Positions 1 to 9,636 of a stretch of 42,989 bases of DNA are shown here, piece by piece. Below the pieces are notes generated by a model that saw only the letters and a program-made list of their open reading frames with translations, ran no database searches and was not told the DNA's origin. Source of the stretch: Minisyncoccota bacterium (GTDB taxonomy: Bacteria; Patescibacteriota; Minisyncoccia; Phycocordibacterales; UBA9973); contig JAYSVN010000037.1 of the NCBI GenBank assembly GCA_043718505.1, positions 1 to 42,989 on the forward strand, in the 5' to 3' direction. A program made the translations under genes and the position numbers. Numbering within the stretch: position 1 is the first letter of the stretch; each line of letters begins with the position of its first letter.

Positions 1-1136
1 CCATAAACACCCTTATTTGAAACAACGGTTCGAGTAAGCAAATCGCTCGTATCCTGCCAATTTTCATCAGGGAAGCTTATGGTCGAAATAGCATTTGTAG
101 TCAGATCGATAAGGACAGGATCAAAGCCATGCGTGGTTGATTTATAAACAAGAAGTTTGCCATTTATGATAGCCAAATTTTCACTATATGAAATATTTTC
201 AAGCGGCGTAACCACTTTTTTTGTCACAGGATCATGCAATGAAATAGTCCAGTGATATTTGTCTGATGTATTATGAATATAGGCTAAAATATTATCGATA
301 AAAAGAATATCATTCGTGGTATTAGTTTTAGCACCAATTTTTGAACCATTGATTGAGGTTATATTTTTACTGAGCGGAACAACGTATGCTGACTGATAAC
401 CGTCTCTATCATCTAAATAGGCAAAATACTTACTATCGGCTGAAAAAGTTGATAAATTGTTAGCTTCAGAAAGCAAATCCCAGAATATATTTTTAGTTAC
501 AATTGTAAAATGTTTTTTCAGATCGAGTGAATAAAGTCCAACCGTATGTTTCTTGGCTGTACTCGTTGCGACAATATAGTATGAAATCCATTTACCGTCC
601 GGCGAAAGATGCATTGCGGCCATATTGGCGCGATTAAATACTTGCGTCGGTGAGGCGACAAATGTATCCAAGTTAATAGAAAAGAGTGCCGGTTTTGTTC
701 CTTCGGCCCCAAACAATACAACAGTTTTATTGTCGCCTGAAAAAATTGCACGTGACGGATTAAACGGAACAACCAAAGTTTTGTAGGCTGTGTAATCATT
801 TTTGCGATAGAAAAGAGCGGTTGTTATACCTTGTTCTGTACTAAATGCCATCAAAACAGATTTATCTGCATTTGAAAATTTAATGCTCGTTGCTGCCGAC
901 TCGGCAAGTGATGTATCGACAGGCAATGCATTTATTTTTGCGCAGGAAATTGTGGCCAAAGAAGTATCGCAGGAAAAAAGACTTGTCGTGCCTACAATAC
1001 CGCGTTCAAAATATGCCTTTGCGCCATCAGTCTTTTTGAGTGTTGTATAAATTGGAGCTGAAGCGGCTTGAATTGATAGGGGAAAAGCCAGGGCAAGCCC
1101 CAGGACCATTGCAGGTATTAGAAAAGCAGCTTTCAT
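1..1136 (-). CDS. Secreted beta-propeller (TolB/DPP-IV N-terminal-like) protein, possibly the N-terminus of an S9 peptidase; runs off window edge
   Basis: Not in ORF track. Open frame from ATG at 1136: MKAAFLIPAMVLGLALAFPLSIQAAS (signal peptide), then propeller-like motifs LSPDGKWISY and FSADSKYFAY; TGGTATAAT box 6 nt upstream. Confidence 0.7.
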   Translation of the reverse strand, partial: MKAAFLIPAMVLGLALAFPLSIQAASAPIYTTLKKTDGAKAYFERGIVGTTSLFSCDTSLATISCAKINALPVDTSLAESAATSIKFSNADKSVLMAFSTEQGITTALFYRKNDYTAYKTLVVPFNPSRAIFSGDNKTVVLFGAEGTKPALFSINLDTFVASPTQVFNRANMAAMHLSPDGKWISYYIVATSTAKKHTVGLYSLDLKKHFTIVTKNIFWDLLSEANNLSTFSADSKYFAYLDDRDGYQSAYVVPLSKNITSINGSKIGAKTNTTNDILFIDNILAYIHNTSDKYHWTISLHDPVTKKVVTPLENISYSENLAIINGKLLVYKSTTHGFDPVLIDLTTNAISTISFPDENWQDTSDLLTRTVVSNKGVY

Positions 1137-1191
1137 ATAGTAATTATACCATTTGTAGTATAGTAAAGTATCAATTTTTAATAAAATATGT

Positions 1192-1899
1192 ATGAAGTCT
1201 AATTTGGGAAAACTCTCTATTGTGGCCACACCGATCGGTAATCTCGGTGATTTTTCTGTACGCGGCAAAGAGACTCTATTGGCAGCTGATATTATTGTTG
1301 CTGAGGATACACGCACACTCAGATCACTTTTACCTGAAGAAAAAATAAAGGCGACCCTAATGCGCGGAGACGCAATTACCGAAGAAAAAGTTTCTGTCAA
1401 AATTCTAGACGAACTTGAAAAAGGCAAACATGTTGCCCTTATTACTGATGCCGGTACTCCTGCAATTTCTGATCCCGGCTATATTTTAGTAAAAAAAGTT
1501 CGACAAGAATTATCGGATGTTTTTATCGAAGTAATACCAGGTGCTTCAGCTTTAGTTGCGGCAATTTCTATTTCCGGCATTCCGGCCACACCATTTACTT
1601 TTTTTGGATTTCCTCCGATGAAAAAAGGCCGTCTCAGTTTTTTTAAAAATATTGCTGAACTTGATCATACTGCGGTTCTTTATGAATCTCCGCATCGCTT
1701 TATGAAAACGTTGTCAGAATTGGAGGCTGCTATCTCGGAAACTACAATTGGCAGCTCAAGAACAATTTTTGTCGGTCGCGAATTAACCAAAATACATGAA
1801 GAGGGAATATACGGAACTATTGAAGAGGTAATTACATACTATAAAGACAATAGTGACAAGGTCCGTGGTGAATTTGTTATTGTAATTCAAGGAAAATAG
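1192..1899 (+). CDS. rsmI: 16S rRNA (cytidine1402-2'-O)-methyltransferase
   Basis: VATPIGNLGD, AEDTR, DAGTPAISDPG, YESPHR, RELTKIHEE motifs. Confidence 0.95.
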   Translation: MKSNLGKLSIVATPIGNLGDFSVRGKETLLAADIIVAEDTRTLRSLLPEEKIKATLMRGDAITEEKVSVKILDELEKGKHVALITDAGTPAISDPGYILVKKVRQELSDVFIEVIPGASALVAAISISGIPATPFTFFGFPPMKKGRLSFFKNIAELDHTAVLYESPHRFMKTLSELEAAISETTIGSSRTIFVGRELTKIHEEGIYGTIEEVITYYKDNSDKVRGEFVIVIQGK

Positions 1900-1948
1900 C
1901 CTGCCTTGTCAAGTCGCTGTTATGGCTTGATTTTGCTATCATTATTGA

Positions 1949-2197
1949 ATGAAATCAATTAGACGTTTCTTCGAAGCTGCCGGCATTTGGGTAGCACTCA
2001 TGCCATTTCTCCATTTTCCATCAAATGTTCGTAATTGGCTCTATGCCTTAACCGGCGTAGCAATTTTTATTGCGGCATACCTGTATTTACGAAAAAGGAT
2101 TGTTGTCGCTAAAGACAGGGAAAAAGTTGAGCCGACATTCATTGAATCAGTTCCAGAAGTTAAAAAAACTGACGAAATAATCGAAACTATTTCTTAA
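1949..2197 (+). CDS. Small two-TM membrane protein, hypothetical
   Basis: Two hydrophobic segments and charged tail; TGCTATCAT box 6 nt upstream of ATG. Confidence 0.7.
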   Translation: MKSIRRFFEAAGIWVALMPFLHFPSNVRNWLYALTGVAIFIAAYLYLRKRIVVAKDREKVEPTFIESVPEVKKTDEIIETIS

Positions 2198-2266
2198 TAT
2201 TTTTTAAAATACTTTTTACCCAAAAAACTTATTGCCGATACTACTCGGTCGTGAGATACTATCTTC

Positions 2267-3475
2267 ATGCAGTTTTCGGAAAATAAAAAAGTGATCATAA
2301 CAATAACACTCGCATGTGTCGCTTTTTTTGTTGGTGGTATTTACCTTGGCTATCATGATCGTCCGGCCATCGACTCAATTTTCGGCGTAACAAATAAAGA
2401 AAACACTCAGGTCACTGCCGACTTCGAGCCTTTTTGGAAAGCTTGGGAAATTCTCAATGAAAAATCAATTAGAGCTAAAGAAACTAGTGATGAGACAAAG
2501 GTTTTGGGGGCCATCAAGGGCCTGACTGATTCTTTTGGCGACACATATACCCAATTCTTCGATCCAAAAGAGGCAAAGCAATTTCAGGAAGCTATTAGTG
2601 GTGAATTTTCCGGTGTTGGCCTCGAGGTTGGCATCAAAGACGACATTCTAACAGTTATCGCCCCGATCAAAGGTTCTCCTGCAGACAGGGCCGGTGTAAA
2701 GAGCGGAGATCGTATTCTTAAAATTGATGATGTTTCTACCGGACAAATGTCAGTGGATGATGCTATCCAAAAAATCCGCGGTGAAGCTGGTACTCCTGTT
2801 ACACTTTCAATTTTTCATACAGGGGATCAGGAAAGCAAAGATGTAAAAATAGTTCGCGACATCATTGTGGTGCCGTCAATTGAAACGAAAAATGAAAAAG
2901 ATTATTTCCTGATTTCCATGGCGACATTTACAGGAAATAATCTAAATAGAGATATTGAAAAATCAATGAACGAATTTAAGAGTTCAGGTAAGAAAAAATT
3001 GATTATTGATTTGCGCGGTAACCCTGGCGGCTATCTTGACTCAGCAATTTATATGGCAAGTTACTTCCTGCCTGTCGGTACTGCTATCGTTACTGAAGAT
3101 TATGGTGATAAGCGTGACACTGTCATTCATAAAAGTTTCGGCTTTCCTTTACTTGATAATAAAAATACTAGAGTTGCTATTTTAATTGATGGCGGTAGTG
3201 CTTCAGCTTCGGAAATTTTGGCCGGCGCGCTCCACGATAATGATCGAGGAATTATAGTAGGGGAGAAGAGCTTTGGTAAGGGCTCTGTGCAGGAAATTGT
3301 ACAGGTGACGAGCGATACAATTTTGAAAATAACTATTGCAAAGTGGCTGACACCAAAGGGCATTTCAATTCAGGATAATGGTATTACTCCGGAACATATT
3401 GTAGAACTGCCTGAAGATTGGAAGACGGGTGATCCTGATCCGGTCTTACTAAAGGCGCAGGAGTTACTTAAATAA
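2267..3475 (+). CDS. ctpA: Carboxy-terminal processing protease, S41A family (PDZ + catalytic)
   Basis: N-terminal TM, GVGLE PDZ loop, DLRGNPGG, SASASEI, GEKSFGKGSVQ. Confidence 0.93.
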   Translation: MQFSENKKVIITITLACVAFFVGGIYLGYHDRPAIDSIFGVTNKENTQVTADFEPFWKAWEILNEKSIRAKETSDETKVLGAIKGLTDSFGDTYTQFFDPKEAKQFQEAISGEFSGVGLEVGIKDDILTVIAPIKGSPADRAGVKSGDRILKIDDVSTGQMSVDDAIQKIRGEAGTPVTLSIFHTGDQESKDVKIVRDIIVVPSIETKNEKDYFLISMATFTGNNLNRDIEKSMNEFKSSGKKKLIIDLRGNPGGYLDSAIYMASYFLPVGTAIVTEDYGDKRDTVIHKSFGFPLLDNKNTRVAILIDGGSASASEILAGALHDNDRGIIVGEKSFGKGSVQEIVQVTSDTILKITIAKWLTPKGISIQDNGITPEHIVELPEDWKTGDPDPVLLKAQELLK

Positions 3476-3512
3476 ATTTTCCTAAATAAAAGATTTAGTA
3501 TATAGTGTGGGC

Positions 3513-3959
3513 ATGAAAGTTATCTTTATTAAAGACATGCCCAAAGTCGGCAAAAGACTTGAATTAAAAGACATTCCTGACGGCTATGCCCGCAATTTTC
3601 TTATCCCTAAAGGTTTTGCTATACCTGCAACGACAGCTGAAATTGCCAGGCGCGATAAGGAAATAAAGACCCATCAGGAGCTAAAGAAACGCGAGGATTC
3701 ACTGGTTGAGGCAAACTTTAAGCAGGCTGCTGATGAAACTTTGATTATCCGAACACATGCCAATGAAGAAGGTCATTTATTTTCAGGGGTTACGGCAAAA
3801 GTTATTTGCGAACATTTGGCAAAAGACAGACAGGTTGAAATTCCTGAGAAAGCTATCATGCTTGAGCATCCGATTAAAACTGTCGGAGCTCACCAGGTTG
3901 AATTGAAATACAAAAACGAGAAAAAGACATTACATATATTAGTTGAGGCGGTGAAATAA
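3513..3959 (+). CDS. rplI: 50S ribosomal protein L9
   Basis: MKVIFIKD...DGYARNFLIPKG, LFSGVT, PIKTVG; start placed at ATG 3513, 6 nt after TATAGT. Confidence 0.95.
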   Translation: MKVIFIKDMPKVGKRLELKDIPDGYARNFLIPKGFAIPATTAEIARRDKEIKTHQELKKREDSLVEANFKQAADETLIIRTHANEEGHLFSGVTAKVICEHLAKDRQVEIPEKAIMLEHPIKTVGAHQVELKYKNEKKTLHILVEAVK

Positions 3960-4006
3960 TAAAATACGCATTTTGAGAAGCCTTATTATGGCCGCGATGG
4001 CACAGA

Positions 4007-4030
4007 GAAAAAACCCAATAGGGTTTTTTC
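4007..4030. terminator. Bidirectional terminator hairpin between convergent rplI and rpmA
   Basis: GAAAAAACCC-AATA-GGGTTTTTTC perfect inverted repeat. Confidence 0.75.
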
Positions 4031-4072
4031 GTGCTTCGAGAGGTGTGTATTTTATTATTTCTTGAGATCTTC

Positions 4073-4348
4073 TTAAGCCAGGATGTGTACAATCTTCTTG
4101 GTGATTGAGGTACCGTTGAATCGTGTACGGCGAGTAGTACCAAATTTCACTTTACCAGGGACGAGAGAGAAAATAGTATGGTCTTTGCCGAGTCGAGTAT
4201 TTTTGCCGGCTAAAATGCGCGTGCCGCGCTGACGAATAATGACTGAACCAGCCTTAGCTGTTTCGCCATCATAAAGCTTAGTACCGAGGTACTTTGGCTG
4301 TGAATCTCTTAAGTTTTTAGCGGAACCGCCCGCTTTCCTATGTGCCAT
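4073..4348 (-). CDS. rpmA: 50S ribosomal protein L27
   Basis: [30 protein letters not shown]. Confidence 0.97.
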   Translation of the reverse strand: MAHRKAGGSAKNLRDSQPKYLGTKLYDGETAKAGSVIIRQRGTRILAGKNTRLGKDHTIFSLVPGKVKFGTTRRTRFNGTSITKKIVHILA

Positions 4349-4374
4349 ATTGCTTAAAAGTTATAATTAACCTC

Positions 4375-4842
4375 ATGAGTATACAGGACGAATCCCCAAA
4401 AGGCAAGAGTCGATTTGTGACCTTCCTAGATAGCCAAAAAGCACATAATATTATGGTTTTTTTGGTCATTTTAGGTGTTTCTATAGCCGCCTTTAGCCTA
4501 GGAGTCCTGTCTAAGCAAAAAGACGATGCCAAGGTCATTATAGAGTCAAATCCGAGCCTGATTGTGGCAACAGCCGCTGATTATGCGGCCGGAACTGCCA
4601 AAAGGACTGCTGGTCCAGAATTAACTGGTCAAACTAACGGCAAAGTTTTGGGCGATAAAAATGATGAAAGTGGGGAAGTCACTTCCCTAACAACTGGCGC
4701 TTTTGTGGCTTCCAAAAAGGGTAAGAAGTATTACCCGGTTGGATGCCAGGCCGCAAAAAGCTTGTCTGCGACGAATCGAATCTATTTTGAGGATGCTGCC
4801 GAGGCTGAGGCAAAAGGATACAGTTTGTCGACGAGTTGTTAG
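4375..4842 (+). CDS. Membrane-anchored protein with C-terminal Ada-like metal-binding domain
   Basis: One TM helix; C-terminal FVASKKGKKYYPVGC...NRIYF...AEAKGY...C; start ATG 4375 is 7 nt after TATAAT. Confidence 0.75.
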   Translation: MSIQDESPKGKSRFVTFLDSQKAHNIMVFLVILGVSIAAFSLGVLSKQKDDAKVIIESNPSLIVATAADYAAGTAKRTAGPELTGQTNGKVLGDKNDESGEVTSLTTGAFVASKKGKKYYPVGCQAAKSLSATNRIYFEDAAEAEAKGYSLSTSC

Positions 4843-4879
4843 TAGTATGTTATTCTGATCTGAAATCTTTAAAAAAAAT

Positions 4880-5134
4880 ATGAAAGACGCATCTATCGAA
4901 AAATTACTGCGCATGCCGCACCAGGAAAAACTATTCAAACAATTAGAAAATCTACCGCCAGCTTTAGCTGACGAAAAAAGAACTCGGTATCACCACATCG
5001 CTACACTTTGTCACGAAAAGTACATGAACCCCGCATTTAACATCTACAAACACGTTCCTAATATTACAGAGGATGAACTCAATTATTTTAATGAGCAATT
5101 CACATTAATGAAAAAGGATTATCGCAGTGAGTAG
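4880..5134 (+). CDS. Hypothetical protein
   Basis: 84-aa ORF followed by a terminator; no recognised motif. Confidence 0.55.
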   Translation: MKDASIEKLLRMPHQEKLFKQLENLPPALADEKRTRYHHIATLCHEKYMNPAFNIYKHVPNITEDELNYFNEQFTLMKKDYRSE

Positions 5135-5159
5135 GTAAGACTAATTTTAAATTTTATTT

Positions 5160-5196
5160 AAAGCCGCCGCTAATTATTATGGCGGCTTTTATTTTT
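5160..5196 (+). terminator. Rho-independent terminator
   Basis: AAAGCCGCC-N12-GGCGGCTTT followed by T-rich tail. Confidence 0.75.
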
Positions 5197-5213
5197 AGGC
5201 TAACCACGCACAC

Positions 5214-5515
5214 AGGGAACTGCGGTTTTAATTATTTTCATGATCGGCATAACCTACAACTATTCCCCCTAGGGGGAGAACAAGGTTTAATGTCGCACAA
5301 TAACTCTTTCTCGACATTAGACTCTAGAGAGGGCCCAGATCAGCTGATTAGTTAAGGCCAAAAATACTCTTTGCATTGTCCATCACTAAACGGCTCCATC
5401 ACTCCTTCACAAATGCTTCGCAGCTAAACAATGTGGTGGATAATGCGATAAATATTTTACTGACAGTTCCCTACTTAATTATTAGATACTAGGGAAGTCG
5501 CACTTCCCTATTTTT
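5214..5515. ncRNA. Candidate structured non-coding RNA (class unknown)
   Basis: Long-range stem AGGGAACTG (5214-5222)/CAGTTCCCT (5464-5472), imperfect inner stem 5243-5254/5438-5449, internal inverted repeats 5264-5277 and 5288-5319; no long ORF; lies between convergent genes. Confidence 0.45.
5490..5515 (+). terminator. Rho-independent terminator
   Basis: TAGGGAAGT-CGC-ACTTCCCTA followed by TTTTT on the + strand. Confidence 0.7.
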
Positions 5516-5551
5516 GATTGATAGGGTATTGACATTAATACAAAATTATTG

Positions 5552-6220
5552 TTAAACAGATTTTAATAATTGATTAAGATTATCTTTGAATATCTTTTCA
5601 GTCATAACCTTGATGTGTGCCGGGAAGGCAATCTTTCGCATCAGAACTGTTTTGTCTATCTCTTCCTGCCCAATTTCCGGGTTTCCTATTAAAACAAAAA
5701 ATACATTACAGCCAAGTTTTATGTATCTTGGTAATTTAATATTTACAATTCTAGCTAGTGTTAAACGGTCTTGCGCATAAAAAGTATCAATCGCAAAACC
5801 ATTTGTTGGTGATGTATATATAAAAAAATCACAGCATACATGCCCGGGTCTCAATATTTTATGCTCATGGACATTTACTTCTGTAGTTTTACTAATTAGG
5901 AAATTATAAAAAGCTTCTTCATAATTAACAGCCTTAGCATATATCTCTTTTGCTTTTGAGGATCTGACCGCACCTTTTGTTAGATTGGTTTGAGACAGAT
6001 CAAAGCCAAGCCTAGTCCTAAGGCCTTCTAGCCCTCCAAGACTACGCTGAATTGATCTTGCTGATGGTAAATAATCAAAGGCATCAATTTCGAATGAACT
6101 CGGATACTTACCATGAAGTTTTTTGAAGTATTCCAGCCCAGCTCCGACTTGTTCCTCAGTCCATTTAGATTGATTACCACGAGCTCTTTTTCTTAAGTTT
6201 TTGCTTCCCGCTTGCTCCAT
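5552..6220 (-). CDS. Putative nuclease: N-terminal homing-endonuclease-associated-repeat-like DNA-binding domain plus PD-(D/E)xK-like domain
   Basis: KWTEEQV..GLEYFKKLHGKYPS...YLPSARSIQRSLGG resembles HNH-associated repeat; C-terminal E...CDFFIY...FAIDTF resembles a restriction-nuclease core; TATAAT 6 nt upstream. Confidence 0.55.
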   Translation of the reverse strand: MEQAGSKNLRKRARGNQSKWTEEQVGAGLEYFKKLHGKYPSSFEIDAFDYLPSARSIQRSLGGLEGLRTRLGFDLSQTNLTKGAVRSSKAKEIYAKAVNYEEAFYNFLISKTTEVNVHEHKILRPGHVCCDFFIYTSPTNGFAIDTFYAQDRLTLARIVNIKLPRYIKLGCNVFFVLIGNPEIGQEEIDKTVLMRKIAFPAHIKVMTEKIFKDNLNQLLKSV

Positions 6221-6259
6221 CCCAGAATTATATTTTAAATAGTGAAAAATAAAAAGTTT

Positions 6260-7732
6260 TTATTTCTCCAAATCAAACTCCTCATCAATTCTAATTTGCT
6301 TCACAAACTCCGGTACGTGGGAGACCAAAATCATGGCGCCTTCATATACATCGAGCGCCTTTGCGATAACAGGCAAATGACGAAAGTTAATATGGTTAGT
6401 TGGTTCATCTAGAATAAGTAAACCTGGCTTCTCGAGTACAAGTCGCGCGAAAGCCACAAGTCCTTTTTGCCCCTCAGAAAGCGAACCGATTTTTTTATTA
6501 ATCACATCACTGGTAATTAAAAAGCTGGCAGCAGTTGAACGCAGCTTATGTTCATCAATTCTCTCCCCGCTTACTTCAATTCCTTTAATTAGTGTTTCGT
6601 AGACGGTGTCATTAAAGTCTAATGTTGAAAAATCCTGGCGATAGTAACCGACACGAACTTTTGAGGCAATTTTGGTACCATCAGCATCGTTGTGAGCAAT
6701 TTTCTCAAGCAGAGTACTCTTACCAATGCCATTTGGACCGCGCAAAAGGAGATGCATTCTTTTTTTGAGTGAAATAGAGGCCTTACGATTTACGACTTTA
6801 CCATTTTTCATAATGCCGAAAGAAGAAATGGAAATGATTTCGCCGATCGTATCGGTCTGGGCCGGAATAATAAATTGACGGATAGTTTTATCCTCCTTTC
6901 GTACATCAACGAGCTCATCTTCAAGCTCTTCGGCCTTCTCGCGCATACGTTTTGCCACGAGACGCATTTGACCACCTTTGTAGGCAAACATATTGGCTTG
7001 CTCCTTTTTTGCCTGAATTTGTTTTTCAAGTCTGGCATTTTTCATATTTTCTCTTTCAACACGAGCTGTAATTTCAGCGAGTAAATCAAAGTAGTTACCG
7101 ACATACTGTTCAACTTTTTTTGTATGGATATCGAGGTAAAGCACGCCTTCAGTAAAGGAATTTAAAAATTCAGCGTCGTGAGAAATAACAATTACCGTCT
7201 TCTGATATTTTTTCAAAAAATCAGTTAGGTGAGAGATTCCGGCTTTGTCCAGATTGTTTGTCGGCTCGTCAAGCAGTAATAAATCTGGATTTTGGATAAG
7301 TGCGGAAGCTAAAAGTAAACGCGCCTGCTGGCCACCGGAAAAGGTTTTTATCTTTTTACCATGAACTTTTTCATGGCCGCGTAAATGAACCACTTCCAAA
7401 ATTTCATCAATTTTTGGATCAATATCATAGATTTTTTTATCAAAACATTTTTCAAAAAATTCACGCACTGAAAGATCCATTTCCTCACGGGGAATTACCT
7501 GCCGGGCCGTCGCAATACTGACACCATTCATAACATGCAGTGTTCCCTCTTCAGGTTGCAAAACACCACGCAAGAGACCGAATATTGTACTCTTCCCTGC
7601 CCCGTTCTGACCCATAAGTGTAAGCTTCGCATTTCGGCGAATAGAAAAACTCACCTCATTAAGAATGGGGTGATTGACGCCATATTCAAATGAGATTTTT
7701 TCAAATCTCGCGATTGTATCTGCCTTTGACAT
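6260..7732 (-). CDS. ABC-F family ribosome-associated ATPase
   Basis: Two ABC domains (GQNGAGKST/FSGGQQ/DEPTNNLD and GPNGIGKST/LSEGQK/DEPTNH), no TM segments. Confidence 0.9.
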   Translation of the reverse strand: MSKADTIARFEKISFEYGVNHPILNEVSFSIRRNAKLTLMGQNGAGKSTIFGLLRGVLQPEEGTLHVMNGVSIATARQVIPREEMDLSVREFFEKCFDKKIYDIDPKIDEILEVVHLRGHEKVHGKKIKTFSGGQQARLLLASALIQNPDLLLLDEPTNNLDKAGISHLTDFLKKYQKTVIVISHDAEFLNSFTEGVLYLDIHTKKVEQYVGNYFDLLAEITARVERENMKNARLEKQIQAKKEQANMFAYKGGQMRLVAKRMREKAEELEDELVDVRKEDKTIRQFIIPAQTDTIGEIISISSFGIMKNGKVVNRKASISLKKRMHLLLRGPNGIGKSTLLEKIAHNDADGTKIASKVRVGYYRQDFSTLDFNDTVYETLIKGIEVSGERIDEHKLRSTAASFLITSDVINKKIGSLSEGQKGLVAFARLVLEKPGLLILDEPTNHINFRHLPVIAKALDVYEGAMILVSHVPEFVKQIRIDEEFDLEK

Positions 7733-7785
7733 ATCCCTAATATATATCTATATACACAAGGTCCTGAGTATAGCACATCTACATG

Positions 7786-7819
7786 CTTCATTTTTTCTTC
7801 ACAATTCCTGTATTATGAT
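7786..7819 (+). promoter_or_regulatory. Putative OmpR-type direct-repeat box and -10 of the two-component operon
   Basis: CTTCA-N6-CTTCA (7786-7801, 11-bp period) then TATTAT/TATGAT. Confidence 0.35.
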
Positions 7820-7827
7820 TGTGGCAT

Positions 7828-8490
7828 ATGAAAATATTGATTATAGAGGATGAGCCAAAACTCAATAAGAATTTAGTTGAAGGCCTTGAGAAAAGAGGTT
7901 ACGCTGCCGACTTCGCCTACGATGGTATTGAGGGTGAAAAGATGGCCAGAGTTAACAATTACGATGTAATAATTATGGATATTATGATGCCTAATCAGGA
8001 CGGCATAGTGACATGTAAAAACTTACGTTCCGCCGGTCTTACAACGCCTATTATTTTTCTGACTGCCAAGGATGCAGTTGATGACAAAATTACCGGACTT
8101 GATTTTGGAGCCGATGATTACTTAGTAAAACCTTTTGCTTTTGATGAATTGGTTGCCCGGATACGTGCACTCTTGCGTCGGCCTGAACTATCAAAGACTG
8201 ACGTGCTCGAGCTTGAAGATTTGCGTCTTGATACTCGATCACAATCAGTGACTATCGACGCAAAGCCGGTCGGGCTGACGCTTCGCGAATACGGACTTTT
8301 GGAATACTTGCTTCGCAATAGAGATGCAGTAGTTTCCAGAGACGATATACTGGAGCATGTCTGGGACAGATTCCATGATCTTTTCAGTAATGTGGTCGAC
8401 GTACACCTCAAGAATTTAAGAAAGAAATTGCCATATAAATATGCCCGACGCATCAAAACAATCTGGGGTAAGGGATATAAACTCGTTTAA
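7828..8490 (+). CDS. OmpR/PhoB-family response regulator
   Basis: MKILIIEDE, DIMMP, LTAKD, GADDYLVKPF, winged helix NVVDVH..NLRKK, TIWGKGY. Confidence 0.95.
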   Translation: MKILIIEDEPKLNKNLVEGLEKRGYAADFAYDGIEGEKMARVNNYDVIIMDIMMPNQDGIVTCKNLRSAGLTTPIIFLTAKDAVDDKITGLDFGADDYLVKPFAFDELVARIRALLRRPELSKTDVLELEDLRLDTRSQSVTIDAKPVGLTLREYGLLEYLLRNRDAVVSRDDILEHVWDRFHDLFSNVVDVHLKNLRKKLPYKYARRIKTIWGKGYKLV

Positions 8491-9493
8491 CCAACGATTT
8501 AAAACTTCCATTATTAAGCTCACACTATTGTATGTGGGCATTTTGGTAGGTATATTATTTGTCTCGAGTAGTGTTTTATACTCGGCTTTTTCGAAGCGCT
8601 TAGAGCATCGATACCGGGGCTTCTCCCCTGCTGAAGCAGAAATTGTTTTAGAGCCTGGCCAGCCGCCACGCATAACCTACCCTACGCCGGATGACGTTCG
8701 GGCTGACCTTATTTATTCGCTTATTTTAGTAAATGGTTTTTTGCTTTTTATTGCCAGCGCTTTGAGTTACCGTCTGGCTGCCGAAACCCTGAAGCCGCTC
8801 AAAGATGCATACGAGCGAGAAAAACGCTTTTTGGGTGATGCATCGCATGAGCTTCGTACCCCCCTTGCTATTTTGCAGGCTGACTTGGAAAATGAACTCT
8901 TAAATGTTCACGGTTCAAAAATAGCGCATGCTCGGGCAAGTAGTAATCTGGAAGAGGTAAAACGCATGGGTAGTTTGATTAGTGGTCTCTTAACACTTTC
9001 AAGATTGTCTGAAGATGGCATAAAATCAAAATCAATTTATGTAGATATAAATATTCCGGATTTTATACAGGATATTTGCAAGCGGTTGAGTGCTATTGCC
9101 GAACAGCAACATGTGGCTTTGACTTTTGAAAAACCCGAAAACCCAATGCATATTTTTTCAAATGAAAAACTAATTTCCGAAGCTGTTACTAATGTTATTA
9201 AAAATGCTATCTTATATAACAAAATGAATGGCACTGTTACCGTCAGTTTGGTTGAAAAAGATAACGCCGCAGAGATTACAGTTGCCGATACCGGTATCGG
9301 AATGTCAAAGAAGGATTTGGACAAAGTCTTTGATCGCTTTTATCGTGTCGACAAAAGCCGCTCCCGGCAAACTGGCGGCAGCGGACTTGGCCTTGCTATT
9401 GTCCGCTCATCTATTGAGCAGGCCGGTGGTACTATCTCTCTTGAAAGTGAGCTAGATAAGGGTACGACAGTGAAATTGAGAATTCCGCTTTAA
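8441..9493 (+). CDS. Membrane sensor histidine kinase
   Basis: Two TM helices, H-box ASHELRTPL, NAILY, DTGIG, FYR, GSGLGL; start uncertain (50-nt overlap with regulator). Confidence 0.92.
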   Translation: MPDASKQSGVRDINSFNQRFKTSIIKLTLLYVGILVGILFVSSSVLYSAFSKRLEHRYRGFSPAEAEIVLEPGQPPRITYPTPDDVRADLIYSLILVNGFLLFIASALSYRLAAETLKPLKDAYEREKRFLGDASHELRTPLAILQADLENELLNVHGSKIAHARASSNLEEVKRMGSLISGLLTLSRLSEDGIKSKSIYVDINIPDFIQDICKRLSAIAEQQHVALTFEKPENPMHIFSNEKLISEAVTNVIKNAILYNKMNGTVTVSLVEKDNAAEITVADTGIGMSKKDLDKVFDRFYRVDKSRSRQTGGSGLGLAIVRSSIEQAGGTISLESELDKGTTVKLRIPL

Positions 9494-9636
9494 ATTCTCT
9501 TTAGAATTCCTTCATAAACTTTCAATATACTTACTTTAGACTACCGTTGTCTGATCAAGTGGCCATTGAGACGCTACAGTAGTCACTTTTATCATTAATT
9601 TGTTATTACATATTATTAATAGTTAACTTATGCACG

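Noticed and set aside
518-799. 93-aa minus-strand ORF in the track
   Set aside because: Alternative frame inside the longer edge-truncated gene 1-1136
3874-4143. ORF spanning the rplI/rpmA junction, and the many other antisense ORFs in the track
   Set aside because: Overlap well-supported genes, cross terminators, and have no motifs
5290-5400. Tiny ORFs inside the element (e.g. + strand MSHNNSFSTL..., minus strand MEPFSDGQ... after AAGGAG)
   Set aside because: Too short, SD-like motif abnormally close to the ATG, no supporting evidence
5200-5520. tmRNA, RNase P RNA, SRP RNA, tRNA or retron msr-msd identity for the structured element
   Set aside because: No tRNA-like T-arm/CCA end, no GGAAAGTCC P4 signature, no SRP loop motif recognised, and no reverse transcriptase nearby
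6260-7732. ABC-F as an antibiotic-resistance determinant
   Set aside because: Subfamily cannot be assigned by eye; housekeeping ABC-F proteins are common
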